A stretch of 64,000 bases of DNA from the human T2T-CHM13v2.0 reference genome, Homo sapiens. How positions within the stretch are numbered: the first letter of the stretch is position 1; every line of letters begins with the position of its first letter. The notes beneath the pieces were generated by a model. That model did no database searches and was not told where the DNA came from. It saw nothing but the letters and a program-made list of their open reading frames with translations. Made by a program: the position numbers and the translations under genes. Below, one piece after another: positions 18,254-36,265 of this stretch. Location of the stretch: assembly GCF_009914755.1 (NCBI RefSeq), contig NC_060942.1; one strand, written 5' to 3'.

Positions 18254-18686
18254 TTTTTTTTTCTTTTTTTTTTTTTTATTATACTCTAAGTTTTAGGGTA
18301 CATGTGCACATTGTGCAGGTTAGTTACATATGTATACATGTGCCATGCTGGTGCACTGCACCCACTAATGTGTCATCTAGCATTAGGTATATCTCCCAAT
18401 GCTATCCCTCCCCCCTCCCCCGACCCCACCACAGTCCCCAGAGTGTGATATTCCCCTTCCTGTGTCCATGTGATCTCATTGTTCAATTCCCACCTATGAG
18501 TGAGAATATGCGGTGTTTGGTTTTTTGTTCTTGCGATAGTTTACTGAGAATGATGGTTTCCAATTTCATCCATGTCCCTACAAAGGATATGAACTCATCA
18601 TTTTTTATGGCTGCATAGTATTCCATGGTGTATATGTGCCACATTTTCTTAATCCAGTCTATCATTGTTGGACATTTGGGTTGGTT
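18254..18686 (-). mobile_element. 5'-truncated L1HS-Ta with poly(A) tail and 15-bp TSD
   Basis: L1 ORF2 end + 3'UTR; diagnostic ACA (18369-18371) and G (18286); TSD gaatcttattttctt at 18239-18253 and 18687-18701. Confidence 0.92.
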
Positions 18687-18889
18687 GAATCTTATTTTCT
18701 TAATGCACATTTATGCAAGATTAGCTCTACAACAGATGAAAAGAATGGCCACCTGAATATTTATTTGAAATGACTGCTTAGTATAAAAGTAATATACAAT
18801 CACAAGGAAATCCTGAAAAGTAAAGCTCTTCTTGCACTATTCTACCCCTATCTACAGTTCAGCTATACTGGCTTTCAATTATGGAATTA

Positions 18890-19109
18890 TTCCTAATATT
18901 CACTGTTATACATAAATCATGCTGGGAGGAAGATCTCTGACTCCATGTTAGGATTTTAACATCATTGGGAAGTGTCTCCTACGCAAATGCACCTATCTCT
19001 ATGGGACTCATAGGCATCCCTTACTTCTTTTTAGCTTCAACCTGCCACCACTGAAGAGATTTATTTGGTGGGTAATCAGCCAGTTATCAGCAGAAGATTA
19101 CTGTAAAAA
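18890..19109 (+). repeat. 220-bp direct duplication, copy 1
   Basis: Matches 19966-20182 apart from 2 substitutions and a 3-bp indel. Confidence 0.95.
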
Positions 19110-19851
<742 letters not shown>

Positions 19852-19965
19852 TAAAAAATTATATTGTAATGTCTTATTTGTCAAAAAACGAAAAGGTTTC
19901 ACAATACTTCATCAAATAGCTGCATCAAAACTTCAACGTTTCCCTATAACCAGACATTTAGATTT

Positions 19966-20182
19966 TTCCTAATATTCACTGTTATACATAAATCATGCTG
20001 GGAGGAAGATCTCTGACTCCATGTTAGGATTTTAACATCATTGGGAAGTGTCTCCTACGCAAATGCACCTACCTCTATGGGACTCATAGGCATCCCTTAC
20101 TTCTTTTTAGCTTCAACCTGCCACCACTGAAGAGATTTATTTGGTCGGTAATCAGCCAGTTATCAGCAGATTACTGTAAAAA
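19966..20182 (+). repeat. 217-bp direct duplication, copy 2
   Basis: Matches 18890-19109. Confidence 0.95.
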
Positions 20183-20195
20183 TATAGCTGTTGTT

Positions 20196-20253
20196 GGCCG
20201 GGCGCGATGGCTCGCGCCTGTAATCCCAGCACTTTCGGAGGCTGAGGTGGGTG
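20196..20253 (+). mobile_element. Alu 5' head fragment
   Basis: ggccgggcgcgatggctcgcgcctgtaatcccagcactttcggagg, then ends abruptly. Confidence 0.8.
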
Positions 20254-21493
20254 ATTTTCTGCTTTTTTCCTGCAATTTTACTACCGTAACTAGATAGAAA
20301 ACACTAGTATATAAAATTGTTTTAAAAATGAAACAATTGTTATAAGTTTGTTCTTAATTATGTATGGGCAGACAGTTTAACCATCAGCTCCCTCTCCCAA
20401 CAATACCACAGTCAACTCCTAACAAATCTCAAGAACAATTACACTTTTCACTCTTCTTATGACATTAAAAAAGAAGACAGATGGTGACACCATGTGAACT
20501 ATTCATGTCATTCTCACATTACTTAGAGTGTGAAATAATAATCCTGCGTATTAAAGCGGGATGGTAAAAATAAATTCTTCTTGGTCCACCTGAACAGACA
20601 CAGCATTTATTATCTCACCTATGACCTGCCGCGGGATGGGGCTGGAAGGACTGGAGTCAAGGCTCAGTGAAACTGTCTTACAAATAAGGAATTCCAATTT
20701 TCATTCTGCGTTTAGCTTTAGTTTTTGCAAAGTTATGCTCTATAAACTCAAGCTCTGAAAGGATCCAAGGTTTAAAGCCACGCTTTTGAGGCAGCAGTTC
20801 TCTTGCGGATGTAAAACTTTCAGAATTTAGAGTGTCAAGTTTTGCCTTTCTCTTATTTATTTTTTGTAATGAATCCACACTCTTTCCCCATTAGGAACAG
20901 GAGGTGTTGGAAAAAGCTAATAGCTTTACAAAGGAGAAATTAAACAGATACATTTTCTCATTCACAAACCCTTGTACAGATTTAAAGCATACTAAGAAAA
21001 ACGACCATCTTATTTTATACCAGCTCAGCGGGGAGGCTCGGATCTCCGGTGCAGAGATAGGACAGGAAGAGGTGTGCGGCCAATTTTGTAACCAACCCTC
21101 CTTACTCCTAACTCCTCGCCTCACTGTGCCTCGGGTTTGGGAGATCCAAACGAGAATGCTCGTGAGAAAGCCACTGCAAACGGGAAAGTGCTGGGCGCAG
21201 GCAAGGAGGCATTCTCTCTGTTTAAGAAAGGTGCCACATTTGCAGAACAGGGATCGCTGAATATGCGAGCTTCCGCCAAGAAATAAATCACACCTATCCA
21301 CCTCTCCTTCATTCCTCGCACACAAGCCTTGTCGTTTAGCTCATCCTTCCCACTAGAAAACAGCAAAGGATTGCATTGGAGCAGCAATCAGCAGATGCCA
21401 CGCTGAGCTCAGAGACAAGCAGTGTAGACGGGACAGGCGTCCCAATACCGCTAAGCCACCACCGCCAGCCCGCTGGGTTCTGAGCAGTTTCCC

Positions 21494-21514
21494 CAGGTGA
21501 GTCACTTCCTGGAA
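21494..21514. promoter_or_regulatory. Overlapping E-box/AP-1/ETS/GAS motif cluster
   Basis: CAGGTGAGTCACTTCCTGGAA; motif match only. Confidence 0.5.
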
Positions 21515-21654
21515 TCCTCTGGCAGCGGCTCTTCCCGTCACTCGCACAGGCCATCTTCCAGTTCCGAGCTGCCTCGGCGGGTCCCGGCGGCTGGGACCCC
21601 ACTTCCCCGCTGTCTGCCCCCGCCCGGGGCCGCGCGCCGCACCCTGCACACCAC

Positions 21655-21765
21655 CGACCGCTGTGTCCTTGGCAAAGTTTCTCAGCCTCTCTGTGCCTCA
21701 GTTGACTCATCGGAAAAACTGAGGACAAAACATCCACATCCCAGGGATGTTGCATGGATTCACGA
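21655..21765 (+). mobile_element. MIR core within CpG island
   Basis: gctgtgtccttggcaaagtttctcagcctctctgtgcctcagtt..ctcatc. Confidence 0.7.
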
Positions 21766-22054
21766 GCAGCCACAGAACCCCTGGGGCCCCGGGAACCCTG
21801 CGGCCGGCGGGGTCCCCCGTCGCACGCTCTCCGGCCCTAGGAGGAGCCCGAGGCTGCGGAGGGCGGGTCCGCGAGGCCGGGTGCCGGGGCCGGGGGAAAA
21901 GCGCCGGGGTGGACGGCGGCAGGTGACCTTCCCCATTTGGCCATGCCTTCCTGGGGACCGCGGCCTGGAAAAAGGGACGTAGGCTACGCGGCCTCGGCGG
22001 CGGAAAGGCCGCGCGGGCCGGTAAGTCGGGGGGCAGCAACAGGAGGCCACTCAC

Positions 22055-22162
22055 CACCACATGCGCCCCGGGCAGGGCGAGGGGCTTGGGGCTGATGAGC
22101 GGAGACACCATGTACAGCAGCAGCACGAAGGCCACGAGGAAGGCGGCAGCCAGCAGCAGCAT
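22055..22162 (-). CDS. KDSR: KDSR exon 1 coding part (108 bp), hydrophobic N-terminal anchor
   Basis: ATG at 22162 (GGAGCGATGC); [36 protein letters not shown]|gtgagt. Confidence 0.97.
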
Positions 22163-22374
22163 CGCTCCGCGGGGCCAGGGGCCCGGAGCGGCCGGGCGGG
22201 GGCCGCCGGGCAAGGCGCGCAGGGCTGGGCTGCGGCGAGGCGAGAATCACGCGCGGCGGGCGGGCGCCTGGAGTGTTTGGGTTTGCGGGCCGGGGCGGGC
22301 CGCGGCGGAGGGGAAGAGGAGGAGCCGGCGCGCGCGCCACCCAGGCGGGGCGGTGCTTCCAGGGGGCGAGTAGG

Positions 22375-22400
22375 CCGCCACCGCCACCGCCACCGCCACC
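22375..22400 (+). repeat. (CCGCCA)4 hexamer repeat upstream of KDSR
   Basis: ccgccaccgccaccgccaccgccacc. Confidence 0.85.
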
Positions 22401-23040
22401 ACTGCCAGAATCGCCTCTCGGGGGTCGCCGGGTGTCTCCCACTCCCCCGGCCTCGGGACGGGGCCCGCAGTCCGCAGCCTCTCCCGTGGAAACCGGGCCT
22501 CCCGTCCCTGTGCGTCGCGAGCGGGCTCCGGACAGCGCCAGATGCGAGCGCGCCGGGAAGGGCTGCGAAGACTCGCTCTTCGGGAGCTCGAATGGCTTCT
22601 TAGGACCCCGCAGGGCGGGTTTCCAGGCCTGCCACGGCCTCCAGTGTGGGCGTGACGAGCGCTCCTCCCTGGAGTTCAGCCCTCGGCTTGGGACTGCCCG
22701 CTGGGTTGCTCGGAGGCCCCGGAGCATCGGAAAGGGCGGCTGGAGGCTCCCGGAGCGGGCTCAGCCTGGGAGCCCAGCGACTACGCTCTGAAATCCCGGG
22801 CTCCATTCCATATTTTTTGGCGTTTTTAGAAGATGGTCACGGCCCACTTTCGCTTTTCAGAGGACCGGAAAGCCTTAACAGGGAGTTTTGAGGAATCACT
22901 AAGGTAATTCAATTTCATTGAGTTCAGAGTTCATCTTTACCAAGCAGGTTCAAAACAAATAAATAACGCAAACAACTCAGCTTTATTAAGGTCTCATTCA
23001 CGTACTATACCATACAATTCCCGATTTAACGTGCGTAATA

Positions 23041-23340
23041 GGCCGGGCGAGGTAGCTCGCGCCTGTAATCCCCGACCTTTGGGAGGCTGAGGCGGGCGGA
23101 TCTCTTCAGGTCTGGAGTTCGAGACCAGCCTGGCCATGATGGTGAAACCCCCGTCTCTACTAAAAATACAAAAAATCACCCGGGCATGGTGGCGTATGCT
23201 TGTAATCCCAGCTACCCTGGAGGCTGAGGCAGGAGAATCGCTTGAACCCGGGAGGCAGAGATTGCGGTGAGATCGCGCCACTGCACTCCAGCCTGGGTGA
23301 CAGATCAAGACTCCGTCTCAAAAATAAATAAATAAATAAA
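23041..23340 (+). mobile_element. Alu, CpG-retaining
   Basis: Alu dimer with (AAAT)n tail. Confidence 0.88.
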
Positions 23341-24045
23341 GCTTATAATAAATTGTCTTTAATATAGTCACAGTTGTAGACCCATCACTACCATAAATTT
23401 TAGAACATTTTTGTCACAACCCCCCAAAATCCTATACTCATTGGCAGTCACGACCCATTTCCTCCCAAGCCCCGCCCAAGCCTAAGCAATCCCTCATGTT
23501 TCTGTCTCTATAATCTTGCCTATTCGGGATATTTCACATAAATGGAATCATATAATATGTAGCCTTTTTCATCCTATCTTTCACTTACTGTAATGTTTTC
23601 AAGGTTCATCCATGATATGAAGTACTACATGTTAATACTTCATTTATTTTTATTGCCAAATAATATCCCATTGTATGACTATACGACATTTTAATTTTCC
23701 ATTCATCAATTGAGGAATATTTAGGTTGTTTCCACTTTTTGACTATTAGAATTATGCTAACTGTAAATATTCATTTACCGGTTTTTGTGTGGGCATTATG
23801 TTTCATTTCTCTTGGGTACATGCCTAGTAGGGGAGTTGCTACATCTTACGGCAACTCTATGTTTAACTATTTGAGGAATTGCCAGAAGTTTTCCAAAGTG
23901 AGTACAACATTTTGTGTTCCCACCAGCAGTGTATGTGGGTTCCAATTTCTCTACATCTTCACTAACAGTTGTTATCATCCGTCTTTCTGATTATAGCTTT
24001 TTTAGTTGGTGTGAAGTCTCATTGTGATTTTAATTTGCATAGAGG
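23341..24045 (-). mobile_element. L1M (MB-like) 3' region
   Basis: atttcacataaatggaatcatataatatgt...gttcccaccagcagtgtatg. Confidence 0.75.
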
Positions 24046-24164
24046 CACATATTTTTGTTTGCTTACTTGCTTTTCATTTTTGTTGTTGTTTCTAGAAATA
24101 CTAGGGAGCGAAGGAGAAAAAAAAGTTTTTCTTTTCCTTTTTTTCTTGACTTACAGCAGTTAGC

Positions 24165-25600
24165 CAAACTGCAAAATTTGAAGGCATAATGTCCAAGACT
24201 TCTGATATCAATGCAAGTTTAGAGGTTCCTGAACCACCCTCAGGTTTGATCATTCACTGGAAGGACTCACAGAACTCACTGAAAGCCATTATGCTCATAG
24301 TTATGGTTTATTATGGGGAAAGAATACAGATCAAAGTCAGCTAAGGAAAGAAATGCCTAAGGCAGAGTCTGGAGGGCTCCAAATGCAAAGCTCCTGTTGT
24401 CATCTCCCACGGAGTCAGGCTGTGTTACCTTCCCAGCATTGGTATGTGACAGTATGCTTGGAGTATTGTCAACCAGGGACACTTGTCTGAGCTTCTGTGT
24501 CCAGAGTTTTTACTGGGACTCCAGCACATAGGCTTGATCAATTGTCCACTTGGTTGGACTGAGACTCCAACTAGACTGATAGTGCATGACAAAAGCCCCC
24601 TAATTCACATACTTGGTCTCTCTGGAATGGCCAGTCTCCACCCTAAAATCCAGTTTGCCCAGTCCCCATCTAAACAGAGGTACTCCTATCAGGTATGACG
24701 TAGATAACCTCCCATAAGCCAAGGGCAAAAGTCAAACCTTCTCTTTGGGCAAGACTGAATCCTTTACAACACGGCTGCCACCTGGCCTTTGGCCAAAGCT
24801 CTCTTACAGTAAAATGAACATATATCTGACATTTGGAGGAGCCAGTGTAGAGTAGGAGGCTTTTAACTCAATTTCTCAATACATTGGCCATCAGTGTGAA
24901 CATTAAAACCTCACTTACAATCCCAGAGTTACACTGTATTATGATATGGTAGTAAACATAATTTGAAAAATTAGAGTCAAAAGATAGTGGCAGATAGATA
25001 TAAGACTTCCACTCTGCCATCAACAACTGGTCCAGTTCATCATCATATTGTATGACCAAAATGTCTCCCAGAGAAATGCCACTCAGGCTTGAAAGTTCCC
25101 ATCTGATGCTATCAGTTTCCAAAAACAGAAGTGGCCTTCACCCTTTAGGTACCAGACTGTCTTTTTAACATGTTTTGTCCACCAAGTATCCATAGTTTTT
25201 AATATTAACAACTTGTGTGGGCTCAGCAATCTTACTGGTTCCCATTTAGCATGTCCAATCAATATTGTCTGAAGGGCAGGGCCACCTGTCTTGTGTTTTA
25301 CATTACTAGGTAAAGGAAATTTTCCTCAGGCAATATCCATCCCCATAGTACATTCATGTAAAGGGGATGCAACCACTCCAAATAGAGTCTCTTCAGACAT
25401 TCCAGTTTCTATCCAAACTTTCATTTTAATCCCATCAAATGTATTTTCATATCTTTCCAATCTGTTGCCTTGGTTAGAATTTCACTAACAGAAAAACAGT
25501 GCATGGGGCTCCCATGTCAAAGAATTTTAGAAATGTTTCTTTTCCACCCCTGACAATTTACCCATTCACGTACATTTGGTCTTGGACCCCAGCCAGAGAT
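24165..25600. mobile_element. MER21/MER77-like LTR with adjoining internal-like sequence
   Basis: accaccctcaggtttgat...ggaaggactcacagaactcactgaaagcc...ggtttattat; boundaries uncertain. Confidence 0.6.
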
Positions 25601-25617
25601 TAGGCCAATGGGCCTAG

Positions 25618-26037
<420 letters not shown>

Positions 26038-26559
26038 TAAAATTTATCCAAACTAGGTTGAATAAAGTGGATTTGTTTAGCGCCCTTCAATGTTGGGGGA
26101 CTAGTAAGGGTTTCCATTTGTCCATCCAACTTCTGAGAGTGCTGCATTAAGACTTTTGTTTCAACACCACCAATGCCCACTTTATTTATGATATCTCTTA
26201 ATAACTATTTTTAAATTTCTATCCATTCTCTCTCCCTTTTCTCTTTCCTTAGTCTCTTGGAATAAGTCTGCTCTCTGTTGTTTTAGCATAACTTTTCCCT
26301 TTGGAGGTGGCCCTGAACTAGCAGCTATGGCTCAATGGCTAGAATTCCAGCTTGGCCCAGCATCAGGTTCTGCCCCAACACTATCCCTATAATTTAGTGA
26401 TTACAGATAATAACAATCAAGAGATTCCATGTTCAGCTTTCTGACGTTGTTGTTCCTTTGCATTTATTTTGGCCTCCAGTGAGCCAATTCTCTATGAATG
26501 AGACCCCATGATATCTAAATTCCATTGGTAAATTTACTTCAAGTAAGATAAGTAAACCC

Positions 26560-31358
<4,799 letters not shown>

Positions 31359-31359
31359 G

Positions 31360-31923
31360 AGAAAATTAAAGTGAAAGAGGACAGCAGGAGAGTGGGTGGG
31401 TGAGATGCAGCAATGCAAGAAGAGGCAGGAGAGATCTTAAGCACAACTAGGACTCAACCCACCATTGCTGCTTTGAAAGTGGAGGAGGGGGCCACAAGCC
31501 AAGGAGTGTAGGTGGCCTCGAGAAAGTGGGAACACCTCTCAGCTGACAGCCAGCAAGAACATGGGACCTCAGTCCTACAACCACAAGGAATTGAATTCTG
31601 CTCACAACCTGAATGACCAAGGAAACTAATTCTCCCTAGGCTGGAGTACAGTGATGCAATCATAACCCAGGCTGGAATGCAGTGGTGTGATTACAGCTCA
31701 CTGCAGCCTCAAACTCCTGGTCTCAAGCAATCCTCCCACCTCAGTTTCCTGAGTAGCTGGGACTACAGGCTTGCAACACTATGTCTGGCTGACGTCCTGA
31801 TTTTAGCCCAGTGAGACCTGTACTGGACTTCTTACTGACAGAACTGTAAGATAATGCATCTGCATTGGTTTAAGCCACTAACTTTGTGGTAATTTGTTAC
31901 AACAGTATTACGAAACTAATACA
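31360..31923 (+). mobile_element. MLT1-like MaLR LTR interrupted by an Alu fragment (31635-31790)
   Basis: ggggccacaagccaaggagtgtaggtggcctc ... ttaagccactaactttgtggtaatttgttac..aactaataca. Confidence 0.75.
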
Positions 31924-32577
31924 AGTTCTTCTTGCCTATTCAGATTCACACATACCAAAAACACAGAATGCATATAACCTAAATTCTGGCCACAACCTAC
32001 TCGCCATCCATGAAAACCCTGCAAAATACAAACTCAGAAGCACTATATTGGGTGACTGGCTCTCAGCCCCTCAGAACCCAGCTGACAATGCAGGTTCTTC
32101 TTGATATTTTTATCATCCTGGTGATACTGTGTCTTACAGAAAGAATTTTTTTGGTCTCTATGGCATTATACCCAAATTTTCCTGTATTGGTCAACCTGAT
32201 GCAGTTCATCAGCAATGTCTTTTTTTCTAAAAGTTCCTCACTCTACCTTCTGCCTTGTGAGCTGGTTTATTTATCAAGATTGATTTCAAATGTGTCAGTG
32301 GCTCAGTGAGGTTTTCCCAAGCAACCTAAGAAGAGTATTTTTTCTCTAATCCACATTTTCCACATTTTAATTATAACATTTATCACATTGTATTATAAAG
32401 TAATCACATGACTTATAACTCTTTGACTCAGAAGATTCTTCCACAGTGCCTTGCTGAATTCTGGACACCTAAGTAGGTGTCCAATAATTTATTGTTAAAT
32501 TGACTGATGATTTGGTCCTCAGGAAACTTGGAGTTAAATAAATGCATGGGTTATGACAAAGCAGAAATCTAAATAAC

Positions 32578-32671
32578 TCCCTTCCTTCCTTCCTTCCTTC
32601 CTTCCTTCCTTCCTTCCTTCCTTCCTTCCTTCCTTCCTTCCTCCTTCCCCCCTTCCTTCCTTCCTTCCTTC
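32578..32671. repeat. (CTTC)n tetranucleotide repeat
   Basis: Seen directly. Confidence 0.9.
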
Positions 32672-32675
32672 TGTT

Positions 32676-32975
32676 CATTCCAGGTCTTTAGATAATAACT
32701 CTTTCAACCAATTGCCTATCAGAAAATCTTGGAATCTGCCTATGACCTCCCAGTTTCCAGTTGTTCCACCTTTCTGGACCAAACCAATGTACATCTTACA
32801 CGTATTGATTGATGTCTCATGTCTCCCTAAGATGTATAAACCAAGCTGCAGCCCAACCACCATGGGCATATGTTCTCAGGATCTCCCGGGGCTGTGTCAT
32901 GGGCCATTGTTCACTCATATTTGGCTCAGTATAAATCTCTTCAAATGTTTTAGAATTTGACTCTTTTGGTTGACA
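32676..32975 (+). mobile_element. LTR8/MER4-group ERV1 LTR, 3' part
   Basis: tcactcatatttggctcagtataaatctcttcaaatgttttagaatttgactcttttggttgaca. Confidence 0.7.
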
Positions 32976-33175
32976 TGAAAAAGTTGAAAGCAGGAAATAA
33001 ACAATAAGAACCATTAAGCTAATTTCTAATCTTATCTGATAATTTTTTTTAAATATTTTTTGTATCTTGTTGAAACCATTAAAAAGATATTTTGGATTAC
33101 CTTAGAATAGCAATATTGGCATTCTTACTCTTCTTACATTCTTAAAAATGAACAAAATATAGAAAATTAAATTAA

Positions 33176-33795
<620 letters not shown>

Positions 33796-33989
33796 GAAAG
33801 GTAAGTAATTTCTTTTGAAAGGAACTGGCACAATCCTGATACAGAGGTATTATGAGAGAAAAAAAAAAAAAGAGGGGAAAGAGCGGTGAAGAGCAGAAAG
33901 ACTCCTCAATAGATTTACACTCAGGGAAAAAACAAAACAAAACAAAAAATCTTTTATTTGGATACTTAAATATTTCACCATGATTTAAA

Positions 33990-34900
33990 ACATTTGGTGA
34001 AGCAGTTATTTTATGAAGGAAGACTACAAATGCAAGGACTCAGGGAAGAATGATGAAACAACAAGAGGAGATAAAAGTTACACTGGCAGAAATCAGGAAA
34101 GAAGTAAAAGTAAAAATCATCACAGATATGAAAATGAAAGTGAACGCAGGAGGAGAATAGAGTGAAAAACACAGTAAGGAACAGAAAGGAAATAATGAGT
34201 AAAGCAAACAAAATGAAATGAAAACAAAGAATTTAAAAGACAGAAAAAAAGATAAGAAAACAGACAAAGGATGTGAGTCGACATATGTAGAATAGGAATA
34301 CCTGAAGAAAAAAAACAAGACATTAGAAATATTTTTAAAAATTTCAAATACACTTTCCTAAAATACTAAAGCATTTGAACATTTATATGTGTGTGTACAC
34401 ACATACACATAAATAGATAGATAGATAGGTAGATAGATATGATATTTTACACCAGGGAAAACTGACTGAAAATAATCAACATTGAGTCATTCTCTAGTAA
34501 GTATTGGATTTTAAAAGAGTGAAGACTTTGGTCAGTTAGACAAAATCATCAGGTCAGTTGTCTTAAAAAGAGATCAGGCTAGTTTCAGGTTTCTCCAGAG
34601 TGACATTCAACATGAGAGAACGATGCAACATCTGTCAGATCCTCAAGGAAGGAATGTTGTGTCAAGGTTTCACGTTCAGCGAATCTGTATTTCACCCATA
34701 AAAGTTTCAGACAAATAATTTTGAACATCTAATAACCAAGGAAATCTTTTTCCCATAAGCAGTTCTTGAGGAAATTATTAAGACTACAGGATGACTCAGC
34801 CAGCCAATAGCTGACTGGGAAAAGCATAGTAAAAGAGCAATCTTTTGAAAATTGAATCTATTTAACAGTACACCAAAGCCTAAAGCAAATGTGAGATGTA
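33990..34900 (+). mobile_element. Ancient L1 ORF1/HAL1-like relic
   Basis: A-rich; aataggaatacctgaagaa, atcaggctagtttcaggtttctcc. Confidence 0.45.
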
Positions 34901-35023
34901 GGGTAAAGAATAATATGTATGTACATGTTATATGCAAAAATAATACAAAGGGCAAATTTTGGGAGAGGAAGGAGAAAAACGTGAAAGATGTGTGGGAAGC
35001 ACTGAAGATCAGTTAGTCATTGA

Positions 35024-35437
<414 letters not shown>

Positions 35438-35439
35438 TA

Positions 35440-36265
35440 AGTGCATGTGTGGGTTTTTTTTCCCCGAACCATTTCAAAGTAATTTATAGACATCATGGCA
35501 CTTCCTCTGCATCCCTGTATGAGCACACTTAAGCATATGTCTTCTAAAGTGAAGGGTACAATGCACACTAACATTACCTACAATACCATTATCGCACCTA
35601 AGGCAATAACAATTCCATAATATTACCTACAATCCAGCCCATATTCATATTTCTTCAATTGCCCCCCATTTTTTTTTCTAGATGGGATTTCACCATGTTG
35701 GGCAGGCTGGTCTTGAACTCCTAGCCTCAAGTGATCCACCTGCCCTGACCACTCAAAATGCTGGGATTGCGGGCGTGAGCCACTGTGTCCAGCCCAAATT
35801 GTCTTTTATAGCTTTTTTTTTTTTCCAAACTAGGATCCAAGCAAGGTTCATATATTGCATTGAGTTATACATCTCCAACTTTTTTTAATCTAGAAGAATA
35901 GAAGAATCTTCCAACCTTTTTAGAAAAATGACATTAACTTTTTTGAAGAGACTGGGTCAGTTGTCTTGTAGAAGACCCTGCATTCTCTTCTGACTGATTG
36001 ATTTCTTGTGGTGTTATTTCTCTCTCCAGTGAATTTTCTGTAACCTGGCATTAGGTCTATGGCTCAATTAGATTCAGACTACACATTTTTTTATAAGAAT
36101 ACTTTGTAAGTGGTTTTCATGTTGCATCCTACCAGGTGGCACATGATGTCTGGTTGCCATTGTTAGTGATACTCAATTTGATTTCCTTGGCAAGGTGGTG
36201 ACAGCCATAGCTCTCCATTGTAAAGCCAGTGTTCTCCTTGGCGGTGAGCAAGTAATCTGAGAGGA
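35440..36265 (-). mobile_element. L1MC4-like 3' fragment with Alu monomer (35670-35795)
   Basis: tgaagagactgggtcagttgtcttgtagaa, ggtggcacatgatgtctggttg. Confidence 0.6.

Larger units (their letters stand above)
21430..22810. promoter_or_regulatory. CpG island / KDSR promoter (TATA-less, several GC boxes, possibly bidirectional)
   Basis: Very high GC and CpG density around exon 1; GGGCGG at ~22194, 22258, 22293, 22347; GCGCGCGC at ~22328. Confidence 0.9.

Noticed and set aside
18304-18710. ORFs including KKMWHIYTMEYYAAIKNDEF
   Set aside because: C-terminus of L1 ORF2 in a 5'-truncated copy with no promoter
21336-22891. Long overlapping ORFs (up to 247 aa) on both strands
   Set aside because: Stop-poor GC-rich CpG island; low-complexity Arg/Pro/Gly products; only 22055-22162 is supported as coding
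32469-32678. ORF with KEGR repeats
   Set aside because: Translation of the (CTTC)n microsatellite
34011-34353. Phe-rich ORFs that look like membrane proteins
   Set aside because: Antisense reading of an A-rich L1-like relic
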